Source: Scyliorhinus canicula (Eukaryota). From it: a DNA stretch of 64,000 nt. The notes beneath the pieces were generated by a model that was not told the origin of the DNA, searched no databases, and saw nothing but the letters and a program-made list of their open reading frames with translations. Location of the stretch: positions 42,495,159 through 42,559,158 of the forward strand of contig NC_052158.1 in the NCBI RefSeq assembly GCF_902713615.1. Direction: 5' to 3'. The first letter of the stretch is position 1. Each line of letters starts with the position of its first letter. Position numbers and translations under genes: made by a program. Shown here piece after piece: positions 34,271 through 49,100 of this stretch.

Positions 34271-37200
34271 GTGTGAAGAAACCGTCCGGTGAGCTAAGGA
34301 TTTGCATAGATCCTAAGGATCTTAATCGGAATATCATGCGGGAGCACTACCCGATTTCCAAACGTGAGGAACTCATGTGTGAAATGGCCCACGCCAAACT
34401 CTTCACAAAACCCAACGCCTCAAAAGGCTTCTGGGAAATCCAGCTGGATGAATCGAGCAGAAAACTGTGCACATTCAACACCCCCTTTGGCAGATACTGC
34501 TACAACCGAATGCCATTTGGCATCATCTCAGCGTCCAAAATATTTCACAGAATAATGGAACAGATGATGGAGGGAATTGAAGGTGTCCGTGTCTACGTCG
34601 ACGACATAATAATCTGGTCCACCACCCCGCAGGAGCACATCAGCTGCCTCAAGCACGTCTTCAAGTGCATACATGAGCATGGCCTCCGCCTCAATAGAGC
34701 CAAATGCTCTTTCGGCCAGTCGGACATTAAATTCCTGGGTGACCACATTTCCCATTTGGGTGTGCGGCCGGATGAGGACAAAATTGCTGCTATTACTTCC
34801 ACGAAAACGCCCGAGGACAAGAAAGCGGTCCTCCGGTTCTTGGGCATGGTAAATTTCCTGGTAAGTTTGATCCCAACCTCGCCTCGCATTCCACGGCTCT
34901 CAGGAACCTGGTCCGGAAGACAACGGACTTCCAGTGGCTCCCTCCCACGAGCTCGAGTGGAGGGAACTGAAGGCCAAGCTATCCACGGCCTCAGTTCTGG
35001 CCTTTTTTGATCTGGCTAAGGAAATGAAAACCTCTACGGACGCCAGTCAGTCTGGGATTGGAGCCGTGCTTCTGCAGCGTGATGAAGCCTCGTCATGGGC
35101 CCCCGTTGCGTATGCGTCACAGGCAATGACCCCCATGGAACAGCGCTATGTGCAAATAGAGAAGGAGTGCCTCGGCCTTCTGACCGGTGTCATGAAGTTC
35201 CACGACTATGTTTATGGACTTCCCCAGTTTACTGTCGAGACCGACCATCGTCCGCTCATCAACATAATACAAAAGGACTTGAATGATATGATGCCTCGCC
35301 TCCAACGCATCCTACTCAAGCTACGGAGGTATGATTTCCAACTCGTTTATACCCCTGGCAAGGACCTTGTCGTTGCTGACGCCCTTTCCAGGTCGGTCAC
35401 CACACCATGCGATCACGAAGGGTTCGTTTGCCAGGCTGACGCCCAAGTTCAGTTCGCAGCCTCCCACTTGCCAGCATCGGATGCATTTGGTACAAATTCG
35501 CCGCGAGACAGCGGCTGACCCCCTTCTGCAGCGTGTCATGCACCTAATGATGGATGGGTGGCTCAAAGGCCAATGCCCACAGTTTTACAATGTTCGAGCC
35601 GATCTGGCAATCGTTGATGGGGTTCTCCTGAAGCTAGACCGCATCGTGATCCTGCACAGCATGCACCAGCTGGCCCTAGAGCAGCTGCACGAGAGCCAGC
35701 TAGGCGTTGAAAAATGTCGCCGCAGGGCCAGGGAAGCTGTGTATTGGCCGGGAATCAACGACGACATTACCAATGCGGTACTCAACTGCCCCACCTGCCA
35801 GCGTTTTCAACCCGCCCAACCACGGGAGACCCTGATGCCCCATGAGTTGGTCACATCGTCCTGGACCAAGGTGGGCATTGACCTGTTCCCACGCATTGGG
35901 TAGGGACTATGCATTAATTATTGATTACTTCGCAAACTACCCGGAGGTTATCAGGTTGCACGACCTCACTTCATCCTCTGTCAGTCGGGCGTGCAAAGAG
36001 AAATTTGCCCAGCATGGCATCTCGCTCACAGTGATGTCGGACAATGGCCCCTGCTTCACAAGCCAGGAATGGGCCAGCTTCGCCCGCAGTACAACTTCGC
36101 AGACATCACATCCAGTCCCCTGTACCCTCAGTCCAATGGCAAGGTGGAAAAGGGGGTTCATATAGTCAATAGGCTGCTCTGCAAGGCTGCCGATGCCGGA
36201 TCTGACTTCCATCTCGCTTTGTTGGCCTATCTCTGCGCCCCGCTCTCCACTGGGCTGTCGCCCTCACAGTTGTTAATGAATCGCACCCTGAGGACAATGG
36301 TGCCGTCTATTCACACCCCGAATCTTCATCATGTCCCCTTGCTTCACAGGTTGCAGACGTCTCAGACGCAGCAAAAGGCGACACACGGCTCACGTGCTGC
36401 TGATCTCCCCGACATCCAGCCGAAAGTATTCATCTCCTGGATGGTGGCTGGTCTGGAACTGCTGTTGTCCTTAGGCAGGTGGCACCCCGCTCCTTCCTGG
36501 TCCAGTTACCGGACGGATCCATTCTGCGCCGCAATCGGCCGTGCCCTTCGCCTTGTTCCACAGTCGTCACGGGATCCTCCGAGCAGCTCCTCTGCTGACC
36601 CTGCCATGGGCTGTGCAGAGCTTCCGGTCACTCTGTCTCTTCCTGACTGTGTTGCAACCCACCCAGCCCCTGACCTGGCGGCTATTGTAGCCACCTAAGA
36701 TGGACACTGGGCTAACAAAATGGAGAACTGCTAAGACTGTAGGGAGAAAACAGTTTTAGCCAGGACAAGCAGTCTGCAAAGGCTAATTAGCATTCTGCAC
36801 GTAACAAAACTAGTTTATGGCCAGGTGGAAGATCTCAACCAAAGGTGTAAATAGCAAAACGCTTTGCATAGTAATGAGGCAATCCAGATCTGGGCACACA
36901 CAATAGCAACATTTGGGTTTGAATGGATACTTTGAGTGGACGCCCAGACGAAACGGCACCAGAAGTATCCATCACAAAAGACCCTAGAGACCGCCCCACC
37001 CATCGAGAAGAGACCCTCAGATTGGGGGATTTGTAAGACATCGATTGGGAAATGACCCAATCGATACATGGCAGGTAAAGGCCCGCCTGGAAAAGGCACG
37101 GACATTGGGGGCCCTATAAAGGTAGACCCCGCACATGGTTCTGTCTGTTTTTGTGCTCCGGCTTGGACTGCTGTTTTGACTCCGGCCCAGATCTGCTGTT

Positions 37201-40200
37201 GTAGCCTGACTCTAACTCCAGCCGTTGATCCTGTCTTCCATCACCAGCCGTTGAGCACCAGCCATCGTTCAGTAAGTGCCAAAACGACGCTCGCTACGTG
37301 AACCCGGCATTACTTATACATTATTCAACTATTAGTGAACAGAAGGTGCAGCCCAGAAAGGAACAAAGGCCTTGTCCCCTGACCTTGCTGGTTCCTACAT
37401 AGATAAGTATTTAGTCGTTTAATAGTAGTAATAAATATTAGTCTTTAGCGTATGCATGTGTATTTATTATATTTGTATAATAAATATTAATCGTTTGAAC
37501 TTACTAATCGGTGTATAGTTTTATTACTTTGAACCTGACCTTGAAATACTTGTGAGGTGTCCAGATACGGCACCTGGCGACTCCGAGCTGAAAATACACA
37601 CACAGAGCTGTAGCAGTGTTAAGCACACGGCCTTTAAACGGAGGCGTCTTAATACACTCCAATAACGCATAATACACTCAAGTAAAACGTGCAACATTTA
37701 GTGGCGACATCCTGACGGGACACGGTTACAAGTGGCACCCCCACTCCGTCGAGGACCCTGAAATTTGAATCAGAAATCCAAGTAAAGAAAAAGGAAAGAA
37801 ATCACAAGTATTCAAGGTGTTCAAACGAATAAACGTAATTCGGAAGTGTGTTTTGTGCATGCGTAGTAACAGGGTTGTAAGGAAAACCTGAAAGCATTTT
37901 TGTTGCGACAAACTTTCGGTAGTTTTGTGAACGGAACATAGCGTAAGCCTTACCCGTTTCGTGAGACATAACCTCAACACCCCCTGTTCCAAATTTAAGT
38001 GAGTCAAAGAAAATGGCCATGCAGTCAATGGAACGCCTCATGAACCCAGAACGGTTTGTGGTCGCAGCGACCAGCAGTAGCCGAGTAGGTCAGTGTCCCG
38101 TGTGGGAGCTGGAACTCTGCAAATATCTGCAAGGAAAGGGATGGCCCCTTTGGAAAGAGTTCTGTTTGAATGAGGAGACAGGTCCCGGAAGTATAGGACA
38201 TACTTGGTGGGAGAACCTCTCTCAAATTCATAAGAAAACCCTTAGTAAAGCACGCAAGCCGATGGCAATCGTATCCTGTTGGCACAATTGCGAGGCACAG
38301 AGGAGGTCGTTCAGACGCTCCGGGCAGAATTAGAAGAGAGAAATCGAATGAGTAAAGTGGATGTCAGGGACATCGAGAAAGAAAATATGGATCTTAGAGG
38401 GAAGTTGGCAGAGAAAGGTAGAGAGGTGGATGATGCCAAGAGGGCACATCAGTCTTTTCTAGCCCATCTCAGCAGTTCCCAGACCCAGTACGAAAAGGCC
38501 TATCAGGACGTGCAACGTGCCGTCCTGATAAGAGAAGAATCAGAGAAGCAGGTAGAGGCTTTGCAGAGGCAATGCTCTGACCTAAAGGCAGCTTTAAGAG
38601 CACTCCATGCTGCCACCACAGAACAAAGACAGAGTACAGTAGACCATGCAAATGCAGGAAGCAGATTGCGGAGCTGCAATCGCTGCTTTCAGTGCAGAAT
38701 GGGTTCCAAAGCACCTTTGGAACGCAGTTAGATGAGGAGAATGCCCCAGACTGGAAAGAGTTAAGTGAGACAGCGCAGCGTTATGTTCAGGGAACATGTG
38801 CGCCAGCAGCGCAGCAGAAAAGACAAGCACCCCAACCCCCCACAGATCAGATAGTTACCGCACCAATGAATCCAGTCACCACCCAAAGGAAAGCGACCAC
38901 AGAAGGCGCACCCGATATCACTTACACCACCCCCTTAACTGTAACCCAACTCAGGGACGCGTGTGAGAAGATCACTCTGTTTCTCCCCACCGCAGACCCC
39001 CACCAATTTTTCGCAAAAGTAAAGCAATAGGCAACCATGTACGGCCTGGACGAGAGAGAGCAGGTTAAGCTCACGGTCCTGAGCTTAGACCAATCGGTTG
39101 TAGCAGCCCTCCCCGACCCACAGAACGTTGGCGGAGGCACCCTAGAGGAAATGCACACCTCCATTTTAGATGCCATAGGGTATAACCGAGGTGACCCAGT
39201 CGAAGGACTTAACAAGTGCCGACAAAAGAAACCGAGCACCCCACAGCATTTGCAGGAAGGCTGTGGATCCATTTTAACGCAGTTTTCGGCGATTTAAATA
39301 GAGCCCATTTGAACCGAGAAAATATGGTTAAATGGACGCGCACCATAATTTCCCATGCCACAGATGCAGGACAGAGTGCTTGCAACAGCTATGACCCCTC
39401 AGAGGAGGCCCATAATGAGAAGTGGGTCCTGAAAAGATTGTCCCGCGCTTGGGAGCAATCAGTTCAGGGCAGAGGCAAAGTAAAGTCCCCAGAAGAGGCT
39501 CAGGCTGCAGCGGACATTCAGGCAGTGAGAGCGCACCAAAACCCCGCGTGGGTGAATGAAGGAAAGAACAGCCCTCCACAGAAGTCGCAGGAATGCTACA
39601 ACTGTGGCCAGTTAGGACATTGGGCTAAGGAATGTAATGCACCCCAAAGATCACAGAGAGGCCAGCAGACAGGCACTCTGAATAGGAATAAAGCCAAACC
39701 AATCCATAGTATAGGGATCCAGTCAGGACAGGACCAATGTGGACGGAACGGACTGACGGTGTTCGGGCTCCCCCACTTGGGTCTGTGACACTCTTTGGGA
39801 TCAATCCGGAAGACCGGTAGTCACAGCTAAGGTTAGAGGGAAGCCCATAGAGTTACTTTGGGACACAGGAGGGTCCCGCACCACGATTAATTCCACAACC
39901 ACGGCACAGGCAGACACGTGGCCGACCACCTCCACCATCACACTTAGCGGTTTCACAGGACACTCGCAGCAGGGACACATTACAGCACCCGTAGCAATCC
40001 AGCTAGGGAACATCTCCACCAGACACCCAGTCGTATTAGTAAATCTTCCCCGGACAGCAGAACACATCCTAGGGATAGATTTTATGAACGCTCATAGCTT
40101 GTCATTCGACCCAGTTAACCAGTGTGTCTGGCGAATGGCGAGATCGGACAGAGCACCCGCTACTCTCACAGTAGGAGAGTACGCTAACCGGATTAGCGCA

Positions 40201-43200
40201 GTCGGAGACTATTCATTTGACCTGACTGCACTAAACACGGACAGACAAGTAAGGCAGTATTAAACAAACATAGGACAGCATTTGCCAGTCACCGGCACGA
40301 CTGTGGCAGAATGACTGGACAAATTCACGTTACCGGACCTGACCCCCGACCACAGAAACAATACAGATTTCCCCTAGAAGCAGAGGGAGAAATAGAGAAG
40401 GTAATAGGTAGCTTATTAGAGCAAGGTGTGCTTAGAACAGTAGCCTCAACCAATAATGCCCCTATTTGGCCAGTGAGAAAGCCCGACGGATCATGGCGTC
40501 TGACCATTGATTATCGGGAGCTCAACAAAGTAACCCCAGCAGTAGCCCCCACGGTAGCAACAAGTCCCGAGACCATGCTCAAACAGGGACTCAACTCCAA
40601 ATATTTCACGGTATTGGACATTAGCAACGGCTTCTGGTCAATCCCATTGGCAAAGACGTGCCAGTACAAAGTTGCCTTCACCTTCAAAGCACAACAGTAT
40701 ACCTGGACATGCCTTCCACAAGGATTCCACAATTCTCCCTCCATTTTCCACCGACAGCTGGCGAATGGTTTAGAAAAATGTTCCCGCCCCGAATGTCTGG
40801 TACAGTATGTAGACGACCTACTACTGCAGACAGACACAAAGGCAGAGCACATTACGCTTCTGGCCGAGCTCCTGGAACTTTTAACCTCAATTGGATGTAA
40901 AGTTAACCCAAGAAAGGCCCAGATTTTGGAACACAAAGTGATGTATTTGGGTACAGTCATCACGCACGGCAAACGCGAGATCGAATTCAAAAGAATTGAT
41001 TCGATTGTCAAATTGCCCCTTCCCCAGAATGTTTCAGCCCTCCGGTCGTTCTTAGGACTGGTTGGTTATTGTCGGAACCACATTGACGGATTCGCGACAA
41101 AGGCAGCCCCACTCTCAGACCTCCTTAAGAAAGGAGCCCCCTGGGAATGGCTTCCGCAGCATACAGAGGCTGTGGAGGAGTTAAAGAGAGCCCTTAGCGC
41201 AGCACCCGCGCTACAAGTCCCAGACCACCTTTCCCCCTATGCAATAGAGGTAGCGAGCACAGATCTGACCCTCTCGGCCGTGTTACTTCAGGAACGGCAC
41301 GAGCAGCTAAGACCAGTGGATTATGCCTCCCGACTTTTAGACCCAGTAGAACAGAGATTTTCAGCCTGCGAGAGGCACCTCCTTGCAGTTTTCTGGGCAG
41401 TTCAGTACTTCTCGTACATTACCGGACTCAACCCCATCACCATTTTGACCGAGCACACCCCCACACAGTTACTCCTAGACGGTCGACTGAAGGACGGTTC
41501 AGTTAGCCAGATTAGGGCAGCTGGGTGGACATTACTTTTACAAGGACGCGACATTACGGTAAAACGGACCCGGACACACACATTTTTAGCCGACAACCTC
41601 CAATACCCAGGACAGCCCCATGAATGTGAAATTGTAGCACCCCTGCACAACACAGGACCCTTCATAGCGAAGACACCCCCCAGGAAGATAGGGAACCCAA
41701 GACAAAGCCCCCAACACACAGACACGTGTGGCCCACTACGGATATACGTGGACGGTTCATCCACGGTTTAGAAGGTGAGCGTATCACGGGATGCGGCATA
41801 TATGTCGAGGACGCGCAGGGTCGCGCACTCGAAGAATAAATAGCGTTAAAATTGGCAGGTCACTTAGGCGCGCAGGCAGCAGAGCTCGCGGCCATGGCTT
41901 ATATAGTGGACCACCCCGATTCTTTCCCCAGCCCGGCGGACATATATTCGGACAGTCGAAATGTCTGCAATAGTTTGACAGATTTTCTACCCCTGTGGAG
42001 GACACGAGGTTTTGTCTCCGCAGACGGGAAACCCCTTCCATCAGCCCCTTTACTCCGCCACATTTTAGATAAAGCGAAGGACAGAACCTTCGGCATTATA
42101 AAAGTCAAGCCACCATAGGTCATCCCCCCCTGGGAATGTAAAAGCCGACGCACTGGCTAAGGCAGGTTCCAGGCGAGGACACTTGTGGACACCCCCAGCT
42201 AGCGCACCAGCTAGCGCCCCTGTGAGCGCAGTTCAAGTCTCACAGACCGATATCAAGGATTTAGATGAAGCACAGAAGCAGGATGAGGATCTCAGGGAGA
42301 TTTTTAAAGGCAACTTTGTGCCTCAGTTTGACAAATTTAGACACGCACTGACCACACATGAGGGTGTGATCATCAAGGACCAGCTTTATGTGGTCCCGCA
42401 GCAGGACAGGAATCAAATGATTGCTTTGTTCCATGACGGGCATGGACATCAAGGAATCGACACGACCACGAGGCACCTCAGGCAGCTCTGTTGGTGGCCT
42501 AACCTAAGGACAGATGTAACTCACTACATCGAGAATTGCCTTATTTGCGCCCAGAATAACCCGGAGAGGTATTCTAAAAGGCACAGCTTCGGCATACTCG
42601 ACCAGTTAATGGCCCCTGGACAAACTTCCAGATCGACTTTATAGGACCTTGTAGGAATGGCTTTAAATACGTTCTGGTGGTAATTGATACCCTTACCAAA
42701 TGGGTAGAGGCATTCCCCTCAGAACAAATACAGCAAAGACAGCTGCAAAAATCCTGACCCACCACATCTTCACGAGATGGGGTTTACCCAGAAGTATAGA
42801 TTCGGACCAGGGATCTCACTTCACAGGACGTGTCATGAAGAACGTCCTGACCATATTCGGCATCAAACAAAACTTTCATATTGCGTATCACCCACAGTCC
42901 AGCGGGATTGTAGAGCGCATGAATCGGACCCTAAAATCCACACTTAGAAAAATGGTTCAAGAAAACAACTCAACATGGGATTCAGTGCTCCCATTTGCAC
43001 TCATGTTTATCAGAAATACAGTTTCAACTTCCACAGGATACACACCACACACACTCATGACGGACGCCCTATGAAAGGTACAGAATTCCTTTTAGGACTG
43101 GACATGACTAGCCCCGAAGTGACGGCCCTCACACACGAAAAGGCAGTTAAAGACCTGGTTGAGACTGTGAGGTCTGCACAGATCGCAGCCGCAGTTCAAC

Positions 43201-46117
43201 TAAGGAAACGGCGTAGACAAAGCACAGCATGCTTTAATAAGACCGTACACCCCACAGAATTCCAGGTTGGGCAACAGGTAATGCTATCTGTATATAACCC
43301 CAGCAGTTTTTTGGCACCAAAATATTCCGGCCCATATTCAATTTCGGACAAAATTAGCCCCTCAGTTTACAGGATAAAATACCCCAACGGAAAGACCGCG
43401 TGGTTCCATATTAACCAGTTAAAGGCATATGGAACACAGTCTAACCATGCACACCATGTCCTGCTAGACGCAGCAGAACACCTCGCCCCGCCCACCAGAG
43501 ACACGTTTCCACCATCCCACTCACAGACCAGTTCTTCATCGGACTCGCCCACGACTCCGCCCACTGACCACAACAGACCACGCCCCGAAACGCCCACAAG
43601 CTGCCGCAGCAGAGACAGCGAAACAGACACTGACTCTGAGGACAGCCACAGCACACCACTCTACAGCCCACATTGCAGTGACTATGACCCCGACTCCAGT
43701 GACCCATGGAAGTCACTTACATTAAAAACCCAGACCCACCACCCGACCCCGACTACACCGACAATACCCATTCACTTTTAGACCCAACACTCTGGCACAG
43801 GGACAATTCGTACCGACTTGTCCGCAACGACGAAAGTGACCCCCGGTCACATAATTCAAAAATTTCATGCCGGATCCACACAAGGGTGTGGGATCCGGGA
43901 GAGCAGGACGACACGGTGTCTGAATCCCGATACGGCAACCCCTTTGTGACCCTGTTCACAGAGGCAGAGAAAAGTGAGGTGTCCAGATGATGTAAAATAG
44001 GAACCGCTTGAGGGAAGCGATGTCCTTTCTGATGGAACCTGCACGTATGTTTTGTTTGTCAGTTTATGTTTGTTTGTATTTAATGTTATTGGTTCAGTTG
44101 GAGGCTGGACACCTTCTTTTCAGCTGAAAAGATTGTGACCACCTCGCACGCACTTTAGTTTGTCCGCCGATACCTTTGAGAACTTCGGTTCCCAACCCAA
44201 TGGTTTGATTGGAAATCTTTTCAGCTGTAAGGCTTGTGACCGCCTTACACGGACACTAAGTTTCTCTGCTGAAATCTCTGAGAACTTCAGTTCACTGTTT
44301 TCAGATGTTGGAGCATCTTGGCTCCTCCCTTGTTTTTAGGTGCCCCTCTATTCGGCGAATAGAGGCTGCAATCCACGGTAAACACATTCTTGCCCGTTCA
44401 TTCCAGGTTACTCAGGCAGTGGACAATCGGCACTGAGGACCCGCCCTGTCTGAGAACCCACTTTGGTCAGCCAAGCTCGGGTATGGCACAGCACGCCCTA
44501 CCCGGGGATCCCATTCAAATCGTACCCGTAGCGGCCCATACGCGACCCATTCGACCTTTTCTTTCAAATTTGTTTCATTTACGTTAGGCAGCCCTTAGGC
44601 CGCCATCCCACATGCTATTTACATCCAGGAACATTCGGATGGTAAATGAGCAAAAGCCTGCGAGACGGCTCGCAGGAGGAAAGTTGTTAGGGGTATTGTG
44701 TTCATAAATTCGCTTTTGAAAAAAAAAATGAGGGGAGTCACAGGGTGTGACTTGGCCAGTCATTTTAATGGGTCAATTGGAATATAGAGGACAGATACAC
44801 TACACAAGTACGGATATTAAACTGTGTATTGACAGATACTGTGCTTGATCCCATAGCTTTCAAAGGACGAAAGAGGGTTCACAGCTAAGGATCGGCCATA
44901 CAGGAGGAGAGAAAGAGAATGAAGAGAAGACCATGATGGAAGCCTACCTATTACTGTTAAATGTTATATTTGTATGTGTGGAAGCGAGTCACGTTTCCCC
45001 CCACAAACCCCGCCGTCAATGTTTCCCTCCACACCCAACTTCCCCGTGCTCAGCTCTGATCAGTGAAGTTCAGACCTGGTGCACAAAATTTATGACATGG
45101 TACTCCATGTCATACGTGATTGAATCACTGCTAGTGATTGCAATCCTCTGCATAATCGTACAGACCCTCAGGTTGAGGAAGTGGAAGAGGAGAGCCTCCC
45201 GTTCCTGCCCCTCAAACCATCTATGGAGTTCAATCCCCTATTTTCGGTTTCCACCAATCCCCCAGCCCCTCAATGAATAAAGCACTATGTGAATAAAAGA
45301 TACCCATGTATTATATTGTCCTGGACTCGACTGCCGAGTCAGGAAGCGATATGTAATGTGGTATGAATGAATAAGGTTTAGACTGTAATAAAATGTTTAA
45401 GGTAAGATAAGGATAGTTGTGATAGGTAGAGGTTCCCGGTTTTGGTAATGCATGTCCCCTTTGACATAGCGCCAAGTAGAGATGTCAGGTAAAAAATTTT
45501 CTTCCCATAGTCAAGGACAGAATAGACGCCCAGGAACTTGCCGAGGTCGGGAACACAAAGAAGGCACCCAGAAGCACTCGAAGCAACGTGCATAGGTGAT
45601 CCTTCACAATTTTTATTGTGAGGATCACAAGGAGGGAATGTAGCCACCTAAGATGGACACTGGGCTAACAAAATGGAGAACTGCTAAGACTGTAGGGAGA
45701 AAACAGTTTTAGCAAGGACAAGCAGTCTGCAAAGGCTAATTAGCATTCTGCACGTAGCAAAACTAGTTTATGGCCAGGTGGAAGATCTCAACCAAAGGTG
45801 TAAATAGCAAAACGCTTTGCATATTAATGAGGCAATCCAGATCTGGGCACACACAATAGAAACATTTGAGTTTGAATGGATACTTTGAGTGGACGCCCAG
45901 ACGAAACGGCACCAGAAGTATCCATCACAAAAGACCCTAGAGACCGCCCCACCCATCGAGAAGAGGACCCTCAGATTGGGGGATTTGTAAGACATCGATT
46001 GGGAAATAACCCAATCGATACATGGCAGGTAAAGGCCCGCCCCGAAAAGGCACGGACATTGGGGGCCCTATAAAGGTAGACCCCGCACATGGTTCTGTCT
46101 GTTTTTGTGCTCCGGCT
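34271..46117 (+). repeat. Tandem unit 2 (Gypsy RT-IN 34271-36685; LTR 36686-37696; gag-pol 38013-43977; small ORF 44933-45280; truncated LTR 45639-46117)
   Basis: Colinear with 22417-34270 at an offset of 11854 bp. Same CT|GTGTGAAG junction at 46117/46118. Many single-base indels. Confidence 0.95.
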
Positions 46118-49100
46118 GTGTGAAGAAACCGTCCGGTGAGCTAAGGATTTGCATAGATCCTAAGGATCTTAATCGGAATATCATGCGGGAGCACTACCCG
46201 ATTTCCAAACGTGAGGAACTCATGTGTGAAATGGCCCACGCCAAACTCTTCACAAAACCCAACGCCTCAAAAGGCTTCTGGGAAATCCAGCTGGATGAAT
46301 CGAGCAGAAAACTGTGCACATTCAACACCCCCTTTGGCAGATACTGCTACAACCGAATGCCATTTGGCATCATCTCAGCGTCCAAAATATTTCACAGAAT
46401 AATGGAACAGATGATGGAGGGAATTGAAGGTGTCCGTGTCTACGTCGACGACATAATAATCTGGTCCACCACCCCGCAGGAGCACATCAGCTGCCTCAAG
46501 CACGTCTCAAGTGCATACATGAGCATGGCCTCCGCCTCAATAGAGCCAAATGCTCTTTCGGCCAGTCGGACATTAAATTCCTGGGTGACCACATTTCCCA
46601 TTTGGGTGTGCGGCCGGATGAGGACAAAATTGCTGCTATTACTTCCACGAAAACGCCCGAGGACAAGAAAGCGGTTCCTCCGGTTCTTGGGCATGGTAAA
46701 TTTCCTGGTAAGTTTGATCCCAACCTCGCCTCGCATTCCACGGCTCTCAGGAACCTGGTCCGGAAGACAACGGACTTCCAGTGGCTCCCTCCCACGAGCT
46801 CGAGTGGAGGGAACTGAAGGCCAAGCTATCCACGGCCTCAGTTCTGGCCTTTTTTGATCTGGCTAAGGAAATGAAAACCTCTACGGACGCCAGTCAGTCT
46901 GGGATTGGAGCCGTGCTTCTGCAGCGTGATGAAGCCTCGTCATGGGCCCCCGTTGCGTATGCGTCACAGGCAATGACCCCATGGGAACAGCGCTATGTGC
47001 AAATAGAGAAGGAGTGCCTCGGCCTTCTGACCGGTGTCATGAAGTATCCACGACTATGTTTATGGACTTCCCCAGTTTACTGTCCGAGACCGACCATCGT
47101 CCGCTCATCAACATAATACAAAAGGACTTGAATGATATGATGCCTCGCCTCCAACGCATCCTACTCAAGCTACGGAGGTATGATTTCCACACTCGTTTAT
47201 ACCCCTGGCAAGGACCATTGTCGTTGCTGACGCCCTTTTCCAGGTCGGTCACCACACCATGCGATCACGAAGGGTTCGTTGCCAGGCTGACGCCCAAGTT
47301 CAGTTCGCAGCCTCCCACTTGCCAGCATCGGATGCATTTGGTACAAATCGCCGCGAGACAGCGGCTGACCCCCTTCTGCAGCGTGTCATGCACTAATGAT
47401 GGATGGGTGGCTCAAAGGCCAATGCCCACAGTTTTACAATGTTCGAGCCGATCTGGCAATCGTTGATGGGGTTCTCCTGAAGCTAGACCGCATCGTGATC
47501 CTGCACAGCATGCACCAGCTGGCCCTAGAGCAGCTGCACGAGAGCCAGCTAGGCGTTGAAAAATGTCGCCGCAGGGCCAGGGAAGCTGTGTATTGGCCGG
47601 GAATCAACGACGACATTACCAATGCGGTACTCAACTGCCCCACCTGCCAGCGTTTTCAACCCGCCCAACCACGGAGACCCTGATGCCCCATGAGTTGGTC
47701 ACATCGTCCTGGACCAAGGTGGGCATTGACCTGTTCCCACGCATTGGGTAGGGACTATGCATTAATTATTGATTACTTCGCAAACTACCCGGAGGTTATC
47801 AGGTTGCACGACCTCACTTCATCCTCTGTCAGTCGGGCGTGCAAAGAGAAATTTGCCAGCATGGCATCTCGCTCACAGTGATGTCGGACAATGGCCCCTG
47901 CTTCACAAGCCAGGAATGGGCCAGCTTCGCCCGCAGTACAACTTCGCAGACATCACATCCAGTCCCCTGTACCCTCAGTCCAATGGCAAGGTGGAAAAGG
48001 GGGTTCATATAGTCAATAGGCTGCTCTGCAAGGCTGCCGATGCCGGATCTGACTTCCATCTCGCTTTGTTGGCCTATCTCTGCGCCCCGCTCTCCACTGG
48101 GCTGTCGCCCTCACAGTTGTAATGAATCGCACCCTGAGGACAATGGTGCCGTCTATTCACACCCCGAATCTTCATCATGTCCCCTTGCTTCACAGGTTGC
48201 AGACGTCTCAGACGCAGCAAAAGGCGACACACGGCTCACGTGCTGCTGATCTCCCCGACATCCAGCCGAAGTATTCATCTCCTGGATGGTGGCTGGTCTG
48301 GAACTGCTGTTGTCCTTAGGCAGGTGGCACCCCGCTCCTTCCTGGTCCAGTTACCGGACGGATCCATTCTGCGCCGCAATCGGCCGTGCCCTTCGCCTTG
48401 TTCCACAGTCGTCACGGGATCCTCCGAGCAGCTCCTCTGCTGACCCTGCCATGGGCTGTGCAGAGCTTCCGGTCACTCTGTCTCTTCCTGACTGTGTTGC
48501 AACCCACCCAGCCCCTGACCTGGCGGCTATTGTAGCACCTAAGATGGACACTGGGCTAACAAAATGGAGAACTGCTAAGACTGTAGGGAGAAAACAGTTT
48601 TTAGCCAGGACAAGCAGTCTGCAAAGGCTAATTAGCATTCTGCACGTAACAAAACTAGTTTATGGCCAGGTGGAAGATCTCAACCAAAGGTGTAAATAGC
48701 AAAACGCTTTGCATAGTAATGAGGCAATCCAGATCTGGGCACACACAATAGCAACATTTGGGTTTGAATGGATACTTTGAGTGGACGCCCAGACGAAACG
48801 GCACCAGAAGTATCCATCACAAAAGACCCTAGAGACCGCCCCACCCATCGAGAAGAGACCCTCAGATTGGGGATTTGTAAGACATCGATTGGGAAATGAC
48901 CCAATCGATACATGGCAGGTAAAGGCCCGCCTGGAAAAGGCACGGACATTGGGGGCCCTATAAAGGTAGACCCCGCACATGGTTCTGTCTGTTTTTGTGC
49001 TCCGGCTTGGACTGCTGTTTTGACTCGGCCCAGATCTGCTGTTGTAGCCTGACTCTAACTCCAGCCGTTGATCCTGTCTTCCATCACCAGCCGTTGAGCA

